DNA from: an uncultured Gammaproteobacteria bacterium
GTDB taxonomy: Bacteria; Pseudomonadota; Gammaproteobacteria; Magnimaribacterales; Magnimaribacteraceae
Direction of reading: 5' to 3'
NCBI GenBank assembly: GCA_964571215.1
Contig: CAZMZZ010000002.1
Coordinates: 302-64,301 of the forward strand
DNA length: 64,000 nucleotides
This document shows, one piece after another, positions 38,480-49,725 of the stretch; the stretch's first letter is position 1, and each line of letters starts with the position of its first letter. The notes below the pieces were generated by a model. That model worked only from the letters and a program-made list of their open reading frames with translations. It was not told the origin of the DNA and did not search any database. The position numbers and the translations under genes are program-made.

Positions 38480-39568
38480 TTGAATCAAAAAACTACTCTC
38501 TTCGAAACTCATCTTGCTAATGCAGGTAAGATGACTGATTTCAATGGATGGAAATTGCCTTTAAATTTTGGATCTCAAATAGAAGAACATCTAATGGTTA
38601 GAACAAAGTGTGGTGTTTTCGATGTTTCCAATATGACCATCTTGGATTTTAAAGGACCTAGTTGTAAGTCCTTTCTTAGAGAATTATTAGCCAATGACAT
38701 TGAAAGTTTAACGGATAATGCAGATGCAATATATTCGGCAATTCTTAATGCATCGGGGGGGATATTGGATGATCTTATTGTATATAAAATGCCTTTTGGT
38801 TATAGGTTAGTAGTAAATTGTGCTACTAAGGAGAAAGTTATCAGCTGGATAAATCAGCACATAAAAAAGCATTCAGCAGAAATGACCTTAAGAGAAGATA
38901 TTTCAATGCTTGCTATTCAGGGTCCAAATTTTTTAGAAGTAATTTCTCAATTTCTTTCTAAAAATTTAATAAGCCAACTTAAAGATAAGAAAGCTTTTCA
39001 GGGTGTAATTGAAGATAAGATTTTGGTTAGTAAAACTGGATATACAGGAGAAATGGGGGTGGAGATAATGGTTCCTTCTAAAGAAGTAAAAAAAATCTGG
39101 TTGCTAGCTGTTGAAAGTGGTGCAAATCCATCAGGACTTGGGGCAAGAGACACCCTTAGATTAGAGGCAGGAATGAATCTTTATGGTTTTGAAATGAACG
39201 ATAAGATTTCTCCTCTGGAATGTAATATGGCTTGGACAGTTTCTTTAGAAGATAAAAAAAGGGAATTTATAGGAAAAAAACCATATGAACTAAAAAAAGA
39301 AAAAGGAGACTACCACACCCTAAAAGGTCTTGTGTTTAAAGATAAGAGCATAGTTAGATCCAATCATGAGGTGTTCCTCGATCATAATAAGAATATTAAA
39401 GGTATAGTAACTAGTGGAACTTATTCACCAACACTGAAAAAATGCATAGCTTTAGCTAGAATACCCCCTACTGACAAAAAGAATTGCTTTTCAGAAGTTA
39501 GAGGAAAAATAATTGAAGCTTCAATAGGTAAACCAAGGTTTGTTAAAGAAGGAAAAATAGTTTTTTAA
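38480..39568 (+). CDS. gcvT: glycine cleavage system aminomethyltransferase T
   Basis: The N-terminus aligns with E. coli GcvT (..TLFETHLANAGKMTDFNGW..FDVSNM), which supports the TTG start. Confidence 0.95.
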   Translation: MNQKTTLFETHLANAGKMTDFNGWKLPLNFGSQIEEHLMVRTKCGVFDVSNMTILDFKGPSCKSFLRELLANDIESLTDNADAIYSAILNASGGILDDLIVYKMPFGYRLVVNCATKEKVISWINQHIKKHSAEMTLREDISMLAIQGPNFLEVISQFLSKNLISQLKDKKAFQGVIEDKILVSKTGYTGEMGVEIMVPSKEVKKIWLLAVESGANPSGLGARDTLRLEAGMNLYGFEMNDKISPLECNMAWTVSLEDKKREFIGKKPYELKKEKGDYHTLKGLVFKDKSIVRSNHEVFLDHNKNIKGIVTSGTYSPTLKKCIALARIPPTDKKNCFSEVRGKIIEASIGKPRFVKEGKIVF

Positions 39569-39580
39569 GGACAAAAATTC

Positions 39581-39967
39581 ATGCAAGACATACCCAAAGA
39601 CTATAAATTTTTATCTAGCCACGAATGGGCAAAAGAAGAAGAAAGCTCAATAGTTGTCATAGGTATTAGTGATTATGCTCAAGAACAGCTTGGGGATATT
39701 GTTTTTGTGGAACTTCCGGAGTTAGACTCAGAAGTCAACCAAGGGGATGAAATAGCTGTTATTGAATCTGTAAAAGCAGCTTCAGAAATTTACTCGCCTG
39801 TTAGCGGCAGAATAATAGACATTAACTCTTCTTTGGAAGACTCTCCAGAAATTATAAATTCTTCTCCCTTTGAGGAAGGTTGGTTTTTTAAGTTAGAAGC
39901 AACTGATAAATCTGAACTTGAAAATTTACTTTCACCAGAAGAGTACAGTGAGCATTGTGAAGACTGA
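39581..39967 (+). CDS. gcvH: glycine cleavage system H protein
   Basis: Lipoyl-lysine motif IESVKAAS. Length is 128 aa. Confidence 0.95.
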   Translation: MQDIPKDYKFLSSHEWAKEEESSIVVIGISDYAQEQLGDIVFVELPELDSEVNQGDEIAVIESVKAASEIYSPVSGRIIDINSSLEDSPEIINSSPFEEGWFFKLEATDKSELENLLSPEEYSEHCED

Positions 39968-39971
39968 TTGA

Positions 39972-42827
39972 ATGTCTGAATCTAATAAAACTTCATCCCA
40001 AAATCTTTCTTCTGCTTTAAAGTCATTTTCCTCCAGACACATAGGATTAACAGACATAGAAAGCATAGAAATGCTTGAAAAGCTTGGCTATTCGTCTCAC
40101 AAAGAGTTTATTAAAAAGGTTGTACCTAAAGATATTCTTAACAACTCTAGTTTACATTTAGAAGAAGGGGTTTCTGAAGAGAAAGCTTTAAAACAACTAA
40201 AAGATATAGCTTCGAAGAACAGCCTGCGTCACTCTTTTATAGGACAAGGTTACTACAACACCCTTACGCCCAAGGTTATCTTGAGAAATGTTCTTGAAAA
40301 CCCAGGTTGGTATACTTCCTACACTCCTTATCAGCCCGAAATCTCACAAGGTAGACTTGAAGCTTTAATAAACTTTCAAACAATGGTCAGTGACCTAACT
40401 GGCTTAGATATTTCTAATGCTTCTTTATTAGATGAATCTACTGCTGCTGCAGAAGCTATGACTTTAGCTAAAAGAGTTTCAAAATCCACCTCCAATAATT
40501 TCTTCATTGATGAGCTTTGTTTTCCACAAACCATTAGAGTTATTCAAACAAGAGCGAGACCTTTAAACATAAATATAATAATAGGACCTTCGTCTTCGTG
40601 TATAAAAGAAGATTATTTTGGAGCTATATTTCAATACCCAAATGCACAAGGTGAAATTAATTCTTTTTCCCAAGAAATAGATAATTCTAAAAAAAATAAA
40701 GCTCTGACAATTTTAGCGACTGATCTTTTAGCTCTATGTTTGTTGAAATCACCTGGAGAGTTAAAAGCTGATATAGCCATTGGCTCTTCTCAAAGATTTG
40801 GGGTTCCAATGGGTTGTGGAGGGCCGCATGCAGCATTTATGTCTGTAAAGAAGGAATTTAGAAGATTTTTACCTGGCAGACTTGTGGGTGCTTCCGTAGA
40901 TCAAAAAGGAAAGATAGCATACAGATTGGCCCTACAAACAAGAGAGCAACATATAAGAAGAGAGAAGGCCACTAGTAATATATGCACAGCCCAGGCTTTG
41001 TTAGCTATTATGGCAGGATTCTATGGAGTCTATCATGGGCCTAGTGGGTTAAAATCTATAGCAAAAGAAGTCAATAAAAATACCATAAAATTAGCAAAAT
41101 TATTAGAGAATGAAGGGTATAAACTAAAAACTAAGCAATTTTTTGACACAATAGTTATAGATTCGGGTAACAAAACATCCTCTTTAATTAAGTCTGCTTC
41201 AGACAAAGGCATTAATCTAAGGGAGATAGATAGAAGTTGCATAGGAATATCTTTAGATGAAAGTGTCGACGAAGAAGTTTTAAACAATATTCTTTCCATA
41301 TTTTCAGTTAAATCTACTAATAAAGTTAAACCAGAAACTGCTTCTATCCCCAAAGATCTACTCAGATCAAGTAAATATCTTGAGCACCCTGTTTTCAATT
41401 CCTATCATTCAGAAACTGAGATGTTGCGCTATATAAAAAGGCTTTGCGAAAAGGATATGGCTCTTGATAGAGCAATGATTCCCTTGGGTTCTTGTACCAT
41501 GAAATTAAATGCCACAGCAGAAATGCTACCAGTCAGCTGGCCAGAATTCTCTTCGATTCACCCCTTTGCTCCAAAAGAACAAACTCTTGGATATGAACAA
41601 CTAACTAGAGAATTAGAAAAACAATTAGCGACAATTACGGGTTATTCAAAGATTTCTTTACAACCAAATGCCGGTTCACAGGGAGAATACGCCGGACTGT
41701 TAGCAATTGCTGCTTTTCATGAGAGTAAGGGAGACAACAAGAGGAACATATGTCTTATACCGGTATCTGCTCATGGAACTAACCCAGCTTCAGCACAAAT
41801 GGTCGGTATGAAAATTGTTCCTGTTAATTGCGATAAAGATGGAAACATAGATTTAAAAGATTTAGAAGAAAAATCAAAAAAAAATGCTGAAAACCTCTCG
41901 TCAATTATGATCACCTACCCATCTACCCACGGTGTATTTGAAACAACTGTAAGGAAAGTGTGTGAGATTGTGCATAAATATGGAGGTCAAGTTTATATAG
42001 ATGGTGCAAATCTAAATGCTATGGTTGGTCTATGCTACCCAGGAGAATTTGGAGGGGATGTTTCTCACCTAAATTTACATAAGACTTTTTGCATTCCACA
42101 TGGAGGAGGCGGTCCTGGCGTGGGTCCAATTGGGGTTGGAAAACATTTAAAAGACTTTCTTCCTGGAAATCATTTTAAGGAATCTCCTGTCGGACCAGTA
42201 AGTGCTACAGAGTGGGGAAGCGCTAGCATACTTCCTATTAGCTGGATGTATATCAAAATGATGGGGGCTTCTGGATTAAGAAAAGCAACAGAGACAGCTA
42301 TCCTTAATGCAAACTATATAGCTCACCGCTTAAAAAAGCATTTTCAAATTCTCTATAAAGGTGAAAACAGCTTAGTAGCACATGAATGCATAATTGATGT
42401 AAGAAGTTTTAAAGAAAGTGCAGATATAGATGTTGAGGATATTGCTAAAAGACTAATAGATTATGGCTTCCATGCTCCAACCATGTCTTGGCCAGTAGCA
42501 GGAACTTTAATGATAGAGCCTACTGAGAGCGAATCTAAGGCTGAACTAGATAGATTTTGTGAAGCTATGATACAAATTAGAAAAGAAATCAAGAGAGTGG
42601 AAACTGGAGATTTAGATAAATTAGATAATATGTTAAAAAACGCGCCTCATTCTGCTGAGCATGTCTCTGCTGATGTTTGGACTCATCCTTACTCCAGATC
42701 AGAAGCAGCCTTCCCTGTTGATAGTCTCAGACATGATAAATATTGGTGTCCAGTTAGTAGGGTAGATAATGTTTATGGGGATAGGAATTTGGTCTGTAGC
42801 TGCCCTCCAATGGAAGAGTTTATATAG
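39972..42827 (+). CDS. gcvP: glycine dehydrogenase (decarboxylating), single-chain P protein
   Basis: 951 aa with the PLP-Lys context [18 protein letters not shown]. Confidence 0.97.
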   Translation: MSESNKTSSQNLSSALKSFSSRHIGLTDIESIEMLEKLGYSSHKEFIKKVVPKDILNNSSLHLEEGVSEEKALKQLKDIASKNSLRHSFIGQGYYNTLTPKVILRNVLENPGWYTSYTPYQPEISQGRLEALINFQTMVSDLTGLDISNASLLDESTAAAEAMTLAKRVSKSTSNNFFIDELCFPQTIRVIQTRARPLNINIIIGPSSSCIKEDYFGAIFQYPNAQGEINSFSQEIDNSKKNKALTILATDLLALCLLKSPGELKADIAIGSSQRFGVPMGCGGPHAAFMSVKKEFRRFLPGRLVGASVDQKGKIAYRLALQTREQHIRREKATSNICTAQALLAIMAGFYGVYHGPSGLKSIAKEVNKNTIKLAKLLENEGYKLKTKQFFDTIVIDSGNKTSSLIKSASDKGINLREIDRSCIGISLDESVDEEVLNNILSIFSVKSTNKVKPETASIPKDLLRSSKYLEHPVFNSYHSETEMLRYIKRLCEKDMALDRAMIPLGSCTMKLNATAEMLPVSWPEFSSIHPFAPKEQTLGYEQLTRELEKQLATITGYSKISLQPNAGSQGEYAGLLAIAAFHESKGDNKRNICLIPVSAHGTNPASAQMVGMKIVPVNCDKDGNIDLKDLEEKSKKNAENLSSIMITYPSTHGVFETTVRKVCEIVHKYGGQVYIDGANLNAMVGLCYPGEFGGDVSHLNLHKTFCIPHGGGGPGVGPIGVGKHLKDFLPGNHFKESPVGPVSATEWGSASILPISWMYIKMMGASGLRKATETAILNANYIAHRLKKHFQILYKGENSLVAHECIIDVRSFKESADIDVEDIAKRLIDYGFHAPTMSWPVAGTLMIEPTESESKAELDRFCEAMIQIRKEIKRVETGDLDKLDNMLKNAPHSAEHVSADVWTHPYSRSEAAFPVDSLRHDKYWCPVSRVDNVYGDRNLVCSCPPMEEFI

Positions 42828-43473
42828 ACCTTTCAATTGTTTTCCACTCCCTATTAGAACTTATTTCTTTTAACTTCTTATCTGGGTTTACTGCGGTAGG
42901 GAGATCAGCAAACTCTAGCAAAGGCAGGTCATGGATAGAATCAGAATAAGCTATCTTATAAAGATTGGAGTCAATTTGATTTTCTTGAATCCAGCTTTTT
43001 ACTCTTCTAACCTTTTCTTTCCCAAAATTAGGATGCCCAAGTATTTCACCGGTATAAATACCATTTCTGATCTCTGGATCTGTACCAAAACATGTATTAA
43101 TGCCAAGCAAAGAAGATATTTCTTTCACTAGAAAACTAAGAGTTCCAGATACTACCAAACATAAGTCTTTAGAATGTTTTTGCAAAAGATCTTTTGTCAC
43201 TGTATCTGAAAACCTCTCTAGAATTTGTTCTGAAAAAGGCTTTATATACTTACTAATCTCTTGCACAGACCTTCCTTTTATTGGCTCGAGCAACAAATAG
43301 ACATAGGAATGTACATCTAACCTTCCTTTTCTATACTCAGTTGTATAAGCATCTAATTGTTCTAAATAATAGCTGTCTCTAATTAAACCCCTGGTCCTTA
43401 AAAAATCTATCCAAGCCTTCTCTGAATCTCCTGCGATAAGTGTGTCGTCAAGATCAAACAAAATTAAATTCAT
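42820..43473 (-). CDS. HAD-IB family hydrolase
   Basis: Motif [10 protein letters not shown] and C-terminal [11 protein letters not shown]. It is divergent from rppH as in Pseudomonas. Confidence 0.75.
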   Translation of the reverse strand: MNLILFDLDDTLIAGDSEKAWIDFLRTRGLIRDSYYLEQLDAYTTEYRKGRLDVHSYVYLLLEPIKGRSVQEISKYIKPFSEQILERFSDTVTKDLLQKHSKDLCLVVSGTLSFLVKEISSLLGINTCFGTDPEIRNGIYTGEILGHPNFGKEKVRRVKSWIQENQIDSNLYKIAYSDSIHDLPLLEFADLPTAVNPDKKLKEISSNREWKTIERSI

Positions 43474-43535
43474 AAAAATATATTCTTATTTTAGTATTAT
43501 AGTTTGAAACTTCTGAGCTTTTTAAGAGATAAATA

Positions 43536-44039
43536 TTGTTCAACCAACAGTCCTATAGACCTAATGTTGCCATAATAATAGTCAATAAGTATGGCCAGGT
43601 CTTATGGTGCAAAAGAAAGAGTGATGATGGATGGCAATTTCCTCAAGGAGGAATAGATAAAAAAGAAACCCCAAAGGAAGCTATATTAAGAGAAACTGAG
43701 GAAGAGGTGGGTCTTAAGAGAGAAGACTTAAAAATTATTTATGAATCTAAAAAATGGTATAGATATGAAGTGCCGGAAGAAAGAAGGCCTTCTTATTTCA
43801 TATCTAAAAATAAGTTTTTAGGCCAAGAACAAAAATGGTTCTTAGCTGAGTTGCTATCTGAAGATTCAAATATTAACCTCAAATCTTCTAACACTATTGA
43901 ATTCAAGAAATGGAACTGGGTCAGCTATTGGTACCCGTTGAGTTCGGTGATATGGTTTAAGAAAACAGTCTACAGACAAGCTTTACAAGAACTTTTGCCT
44001 TCCTATTTATCATTTATGTCTGGGAAAAATGCTAAGTAG
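43536..44039 (+). CDS. rppH: RNA pyrophosphohydrolase
   Basis: YRPNVAIII plus the Nudix box GGIDKKETPKEAILRETEEEVGL. Alignment with the E. coli RppH N-terminus supports the TTG start. Confidence 0.9.
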   Translation: MFNQQSYRPNVAIIIVNKYGQVLWCKRKSDDGWQFPQGGIDKKETPKEAILRETEEEVGLKREDLKIIYESKKWYRYEVPEERRPSYFISKNKFLGQEQKWFLAELLSEDSNINLKSSNTIEFKKWNWVSYWYPLSSVIWFKKTVYRQALQELLPSYLSFMSGKNAK

Positions 44040-44808
44040 TAAACCTAAAATCCTTGCTGTTCAGTTTTTTTCCATTTTTTGCATAGTTTTGTTCAGTAAT
44101 CTCATAATCCCCCTCAGAATTAAAAGAGAATAGGGTTGTTGACCTAGTTCCATAGACTTCTGATTTAATAAAACGGAAAGGTATCTCCTCTTGCTTGTCT
44201 TGTTCGTTATTTTCTAATAAGAAATTTTCTTGAGGGCTTTGATCAGATTTCATAAATTCAATAGCCTTTCTCGACTCGAATGGGTTTTTTGCAAGCTCTT
44301 CAAAATCTCTTTTTGTTTTTTTTACCTTTTCTGTAGGACTGTTTAAATTATTATTAGCTAGAATATGTATTCCTTCAGTTAAGTGAATGGGTTTGGGGTG
44401 TCTGTTTGAGAAGTAGAGTATTTTCTTTTTGGTACCTAAGAGAAGATTAAAACCCTCGTAATGATTTTTATTTAGATTAGATAAGTAATCTTCGGCAGAG
44501 ACAGAATCTTCTGTTAAATAATTAGAGACTAACTCTCCGCGAGAAGTGGTGAATTTCTTTTCTTTTCTTTCTCTAAAGTTGGTTATAGCAGCAAACTTGC
44601 CATTTTTTGTAACTCCAAACCAAGTGCCCCCTCCCAATTGATCTAGACCTGAAAGTATGTTGTTATTGGTGCCCCACCACCGCATAGACAAAGTCGGTCT
44701 ATCATAAAATTCGTCTCTATTAGCTAAGAGAATGAACTCTTTTTCTGAAGAATTCTTTTGTTGAAAAAAAGGAGACTGATCCTTAAATGAAAAAACTATC
44801 AAACACAT
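44032..44808 (-). CDS. NRDE family protein (DUF833, TANGO2-like)
   Basis: MCLIVF N-terminus (Cys2) and the NRDEFYDRPT motif. Confidence 0.75.
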   Translation of the reverse strand: MCLIVFSFKDQSPFFQQKNSSEKEFILLANRDEFYDRPTLSMRWWGTNNNILSGLDQLGGGTWFGVTKNGKFAAITNFRERKEKKFTTSRGELVSNYLTEDSVSAEDYLSNLNKNHYEGFNLLLGTKKKILYFSNRHPKPIHLTEGIHILANNNLNSPTEKVKKTKRDFEELAKNPFESRKAIEFMKSDQSPQENFLLENNEQDKQEEIPFRFIKSEVYGTRSTTLFSFNSEGDYEITEQNYAKNGKKLNSKDFRFTT

Positions 44809-44847
44809 CTAAAAATTTAGTTTATGAACTCCTTTCAATAATAGATA

Positions 44848-45651
44848 ATGGATTATTCTCAAGTGATTGATCTTTTTTTATATCTACTCTTAGGTACCTG
44901 TTCAGGTATTTTAGCAGGTCTATTTGGGATAGGAGGTGGAATTATAGTTATTCCTGCCTTCTTTTATATATTTTCTTCTATAGGGGTTTCTCAAGACATA
45001 CTTTCCCATATGGTTTTAGGAACTTCTCTGGGAGTAATAGTTTTTAGTTCTGCTGCCTCAACCCTCTCCCACCACAACAGAAAAGGAGTTAGATGGAAAC
45101 TCATTAAGATACTAGCCCCAAGTATATGTTTAGGTTCGGCTTTAGGTGGCATAACTGCCGGGGCTCTTTCTAGTATTACCTTGCAAAGTCTTGTAGCGCT
45201 TTTCCTTATACTTTCTTCAGTGCAAATGATCTTCGAATTTCCACCACCAAAAAAAAATCCAAGAACAAGTATTTTAGGTCCGATAGTAGTAGGCGGAGGA
45301 ATTGGCTGGTTGTCTGGAATTTTTGGTATCGGAGGAGGAATTTTCTCCGTTTCTTATTTCTACCATAGGGGTCTACAGATGAAACAAGCCATAGGATCCT
45401 CTGCTGCCTGTGGTATACCCATAGCGTTAGCTGGCTCTATTTCTTATATGTTAGTGGGTAGTGGGCAAAGTAATTTACCAGATCAATCTTTCGGATATGT
45501 ATACTTACCGGCCGCTTGTCTAGTAGGACTTGCAAGCGCTTTTACTGCACCTGTGGGAGCGAAAATCGCACATAGAATGAAGCAGAAAAAACTAAGAATA
45601 GCTTTTGCATTTATTGTAATTCTTATGGGTATTAATCTTCTCTTAAGATAA
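44848..45651 (+). CDS. TauE/SafE family anion exporter (DUF81)
   Basis: Two-repeat polytopic protein. The GIGGG motif occurs in both halves (FGIGGGIIVIP and FGIGGGIFSV). Confidence 0.8.
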   Translation: MDYSQVIDLFLYLLLGTCSGILAGLFGIGGGIIVIPAFFYIFSSIGVSQDILSHMVLGTSLGVIVFSSAASTLSHHNRKGVRWKLIKILAPSICLGSALGGITAGALSSITLQSLVALFLILSSVQMIFEFPPPKKNPRTSILGPIVVGGGIGWLSGIFGIGGGIFSVSYFYHRGLQMKQAIGSSAACGIPIALAGSISYMLVGSGQSNLPDQSFGYVYLPAACLVGLASAFTAPVGAKIAHRMKQKKLRIAFAFIVILMGINLLLR

Positions 45652-45654
45652 ATT

Positions 45655-45921
45655 ATGTTAAGAAAAGAGACTCCCTATTGGAAAAAAAACTTAAGAATAT
45701 TAGTATTTTTGTTAACTATATGGTTCTTTGTTTCGTTCGGCTTCGGGATTTTATTTTCTGATTGGTTAGATAATTTAAGAATTGGCGGTTTTAAGCTTGG
45801 ATTCTGGTTTGCTCAACAAGGAAGCATATATTCTTTCATAATTTTAATATTTGTTTATGTATATTTAATGGAGAGACTAGATGAAGCTTCAAAAAATAAT
45901 AAGGATAGTGATTCTCAATGA
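45655..45921 (+). CDS. DUF4212 small membrane subunit of a sodium:solute symporter
   Basis: 88 aa with two TM helices and ..FGFWFAQQGSIY... It overlaps the start of the downstream SSS gene. Confidence 0.7.
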   Translation: MLRKETPYWKKNLRILVFLLTIWFFVSFGFGILFSDWLDNLRIGGFKLGFWFAQQGSIYSFIILIFVYVYLMERLDEASKNNKDSDSQ

Positions 45922-47669
45922 GCGTTCAAGAGTGGACTTTTCTTACTGTTGGGTTGTCATTTAGTCTATATATAATAATTGCTTTTATTTCCAGAGCTAA
46001 ATCCACCTCAGATTTTTATGTAGCTGGGAAGGGAATCCATCCCGTTGTAAATGGCATGGCTACAGCAGCAGATTGGATGTCAGCTGCTTCTTTTTTATCT
46101 ATGGCAGGTTTAATTGCTTTCCTTGGAAAAGATGGTTCGGTATACCTGATGGGCTGGACAGGGGGTTATGTCCTTTTAGCCCTCCTTCTAGCACCTTATT
46201 TAAGAAGATTTGGGAAATTTACAGTTCCTGATTTCATAGGCGAAAGATATTACTCCCATACAGCCAGGGTTGTAGCGGTCTTATGTTTAATTTTCATTTC
46301 CTTTACTTATATTGCTGGGCAAATGAGGGGTGTAGGAATAGTTTTCTCTAGATTTCTAGAAGTAGATATTAATTTAGGGGTTCTTATAGGTATGTGTATA
46401 GTTTTTATTTATGCTGTTTGGGGTGGCATGAAAGGAATAACATATACTCAAGTAGCTCAATACACAGTTTTAATATTTGCCTATCTGGTACCTGCAATCT
46501 ACATTTCTATAATTATGACTAATAACCCAATTCCCCAGTTGGGCTTCGGAAGTACTCTAGTCAATAGCTCAGAGTTTCTGCTTGATAAACTAGACAGAGT
46601 AACCTCAGATCTTGGATTTACTCCATATACTGAAAATACCAAAAGTAAGATAGATGTTTTTTGCATTACAGCTGCATTGATGCTTGGAACAGCCGGTTTA
46701 CCTCATGTCATAGTTAGATTCTTTACTGTCCCAAGTTTTAGTGCTGCAAGAAAATCTGCAGGGTATGCCTTAATTTTTATTGCTATCCTCTACACAACAG
46801 CTCCAGCAGTTTCTGCTTTTGCTAGAATGAACCTCATAGACTCAATTCATGACAAAGCCTACTCAGACTCTCCACAATGGTTTAAAAACTGGGAAGATAT
46901 TGGATTGATCGCATGGAAAGATAAAAACTCAGATGGATTAATAAATTATTCTTCTGGTAACGCACTTGAAGAGGTAAAACCTGTATTTTTAGATGAAAGA
47001 GGGATTTATGGAGAAAGGAAGGTATTAAATAAAGTTAATACATTAAATAATAATGAGGTTTACATCGATAGAGATATTATTGTGTTGGCCAATCCAGAAA
47101 TAGCTCAACTTCCTTTTTGGGTTATAGCTCTTGTTGCCGCGGGTGGTGTTGCTGCAGCTCTTTCTACAGCTGCCGGTCTATTAATTACTATCTCCTCAGC
47201 CATTTCTCATGACTTATTGAAGAAAACATTTATGCCCTCTATAAATGAAAAACAAGAACTGCTTTATAGTAGATTGGCTACAGCTCTTGCTATAAGCATT
47301 GCTGGCTTATTTGGAATATATCCACCTGCTTTTGTAGCTCAAGTGGTAGCCTTTGCTTTTGGTTTAGCTGCCTCTACCCTTTTCCCTGCTCTGCTTTTAG
47401 GAATATTTTCTAGGAGACTAAACAAAGAGGGTGCTATTTGTGGAATGCTGGCAGGTCTTGTCTTTACTTCAGGATACATAATTTATTTTAAATTTATTAA
47501 CCCACAGTTCAACAATGAAGAATACTGGTTTTTGTCTATTTCCCCTGAAGGAATAGGCTTTGTTGGAATGTTAATAAACCTAAGTGTCGCTATAACTATT
47601 TCTTTACTAACTAAAGCTCCTCCAGAAAATGTTATTCGAATGATTGAAAAGATAAGATCACCAGAATGA
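45918..47669 (+). CDS. sodium:solute symporter (SSS) family, large subunit
   Basis: 583 aa and polytopic, with SSS-type motifs (..AADWMSAASFLSMAG.., ..GLPHVIVRFFT..). Paired with the DUF4212 gene. Confidence 0.85.
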   Translation: MSVQEWTFLTVGLSFSLYIIIAFISRAKSTSDFYVAGKGIHPVVNGMATAADWMSAASFLSMAGLIAFLGKDGSVYLMGWTGGYVLLALLLAPYLRRFGKFTVPDFIGERYYSHTARVVAVLCLIFISFTYIAGQMRGVGIVFSRFLEVDINLGVLIGMCIVFIYAVWGGMKGITYTQVAQYTVLIFAYLVPAIYISIIMTNNPIPQLGFGSTLVNSSEFLLDKLDRVTSDLGFTPYTENTKSKIDVFCITAALMLGTAGLPHVIVRFFTVPSFSAARKSAGYALIFIAILYTTAPAVSAFARMNLIDSIHDKAYSDSPQWFKNWEDIGLIAWKDKNSDGLINYSSGNALEEVKPVFLDERGIYGERKVLNKVNTLNNNEVYIDRDIIVLANPEIAQLPFWVIALVAAGGVAAALSTAAGLLITISSAISHDLLKKTFMPSINEKQELLYSRLATALAISIAGLFGIYPPAFVAQVVAFAFGLAASTLFPALLLGIFSRRLNKEGAICGMLAGLVFTSGYIIYFKFINPQFNNEEYWFLSISPEGIGFVGMLINLSVAITISLLTKAPPENVIRMIEKIRSPE

Positions 47670-48439
47670 TACTCCCAGACATTAATCCTGTTTTAATTGA
47701 GATGGGACCTTTGGCCATAAGGTGGTATGGCATTTCATGGCTTTTAGCTTTTTTTACAATTTATTTTTTAGCAAAAAGCAGACTATCTTTTCTTTCTGAA
47801 AACCAGTTGAGTGATTTAATGTTTTACGGACTATTAGGAGCTGTAATTGGAGGAAGGGTTGGATATATGCTTTTCTATAGTATAGACCAGTTGTGGGTTA
47901 ACGCCTTTTCAATTTTCTATATATGGCAAGGGGGACTTTCTTTTCACGGCGGTTTGCTTGGGGTCCTTACTTCTGTGGTGGTACTATCAAGAAAGTGGAA
48001 AATCTCATTCTTCGAGATAATGGATTTTATTGCTCCATGTGTACCCTTTGGTTTGGGTTGGGTCAGGATAGGAAACTTCTTAAATGCTGAATTATTGGGA
48101 AGAGAAACCTCTCTCCCATGGGGCATTATATTTCCTAGTGATCCTTTGGGATTAATCAGACATCCTTCTCAAATATACCAAGCTTTTAGCGAAGCATTTT
48201 TACTTGGATTCTTTTTGTTGTGGTTTAGTAAGCAACAAAGACCAAATAAATCTATTTCTGCTCTTTTTCTCATAGGATATGGTCTAATAAGATGTTTAAC
48301 TGAGATGTTTAGAGAACCAGATTCTCATATAGGTTTCGACCTATTTGGTGCTATAACAAGGGGTCAGTTATTATCTGTGCCTATGATACTGGTTGGTTTC
48401 ATAATATTGGCTTACTCATATAAATATAATAAAAGATAA
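47666..48439 (+). CDS. lgt: prolipoprotein diacylglyceryl transferase
   Basis: ..IRWYGISWLLAF.. and SFHGGLLG. Sits in the lgt-thyA context. Confidence 0.9.
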   Translation: MILPDINPVLIEMGPLAIRWYGISWLLAFFTIYFLAKSRLSFLSENQLSDLMFYGLLGAVIGGRVGYMLFYSIDQLWVNAFSIFYIWQGGLSFHGGLLGVLTSVVVLSRKWKISFFEIMDFIAPCVPFGLGWVRIGNFLNAELLGRETSLPWGIIFPSDPLGLIRHPSQIYQAFSEAFLLGFFLLWFSKQQRPNKSISALFLIGYGLIRCLTEMFREPDSHIGFDLFGAITRGQLLSVPMILVGFIILAYSYKYNKR

Positions 48440-49234
48440 ATGAAGCAATACTTGGAGTTGATGAAACACGTAAGAGAACGTGGGATAAAAAAGGAAGATA
48501 GAACAGGAACTGGTACTTTAAGTGTTTTTGGTTACCAAATGCGATTTTCTCTTGATGAAGGTTTTCCTCTTGTTACAACTAAAAAATTGCATTTAAAATC
48601 AATAATACATGAACTGCTATGGTTTCTTAAAGGTTCAACAAATATAGACTATCTAAAAGAACATGGGGTAAGTATCTGGGATGAGTGGGCCGATGAAAAA
48701 GGAGAGTTAGGTCCGGTCTATGGAGCTCAGTGGAGATCTTGGCCAACACAAGATGGAAAGTCTATCGATCAGATAAGTGAGCTAATAAATCAAATTAAAA
48801 CAAATCCAGACTCCAGGAGACTTATTGTTAGTTCGTGGAATGTATCTGAAGTAGATAATATGGCCTTGCCTCCTTGCCATGCATTATTTCAGTTTTATGT
48901 ATCAGAAGGAAAACTGTCCTGTCAGCTTTACCAAAGAAGTGCAGATATTTTTTTAGGAGTTCCTTTCAATATTGCTTCCTATGCCCTACTTATACTTATG
49001 GTTGCAAAGGTGACAAATTTAGAACCCGGAGAATTCGTCCATACACTTGGAGACGCACACCTTTATTTAAATCACCTTGATCAAGTCGAAGAACAATTAT
49101 TAAGAGAACCAAAGAAGTTGCCTGTAATGAAAATTAATAGAGAAACAAATCTCATCTCAGAATTTGTCTATGAAGATTTTAGTCTTGAAGGTTATGATCC
49201 TTACCCTCATATTTCTGCTCCAGTAGCAATATAA
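48440..49234 (+). CDS. thyA: thymidylate synthase
   Basis: MKQYLELM.., DRTGTGT and active-site [12 protein letters not shown]. Confidence 0.97.
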   Translation: MKQYLELMKHVRERGIKKEDRTGTGTLSVFGYQMRFSLDEGFPLVTTKKLHLKSIIHELLWFLKGSTNIDYLKEHGVSIWDEWADEKGELGPVYGAQWRSWPTQDGKSIDQISELINQIKTNPDSRRLIVSSWNVSEVDNMALPPCHALFQFYVSEGKLSCQLYQRSADIFLGVPFNIASYALLILMVAKVTNLEPGEFVHTLGDAHLYLNHLDQVEEQLLREPKKLPVMKINRETNLISEFVYEDFSLEGYDPYPHISAPVAI

Positions 49235-49239
49235 AAAGA

Positions 49240-49725
49240 ATGAATATAATTTTGATTGCAGCTATTGCAAATAACGGGGTTATAGGAAAAGAAGGAAAAA
49301 TACCTTGGTATCTTAAAGAGGACTTACAGCATTTTAAAAATTTGACCACCGGATCTATCGTAATCATGGGCAGAAAAACCTACGAGTCAATAGGAAAGCC
49401 CCTCCCCAATCGAAACAATATTGTTCTAACTAGAAATCCTAAAAACATCAAAAATATAATAGAAGTTACAGATACCCAGGAAGCTCTAAACACTGCCCTA
49501 AAGATAAACAAAGATATTTATGTTATTGGTGGCGAGTTTATATATAGAGAGTTTTTGCCTATGGCTGTAAAGATGTACTTAACTGAAATAGATCTTGATG
49601 TAAAAGGGGGGGATGTATTTTTTCCTTACTGGTCAAAAAAAGAGTGGGAAGAAATATCGAGGTTTTCTAAGAAAGATATAGATCAGAATATAAGCTATAG
49701 TTTTGTGGAATATGAACGAAAATAA
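49240..49725 (+). CDS. folA: dihydrofolate reductase
   Basis: IAAIANNGVIGKEGKIPW and VIMGRKTYESIG. Confidence 0.9.
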   Translation: MNIILIAAIANNGVIGKEGKIPWYLKEDLQHFKNLTTGSIVIMGRKTYESIGKPLPNRNNIVLTRNPKNIKNIIEVTDTQEALNTALKINKDIYVIGGEFIYREFLPMAVKMYLTEIDLDVKGGDVFFPYWSKKEWEEISRFSKKDIDQNISYSFVEYERK

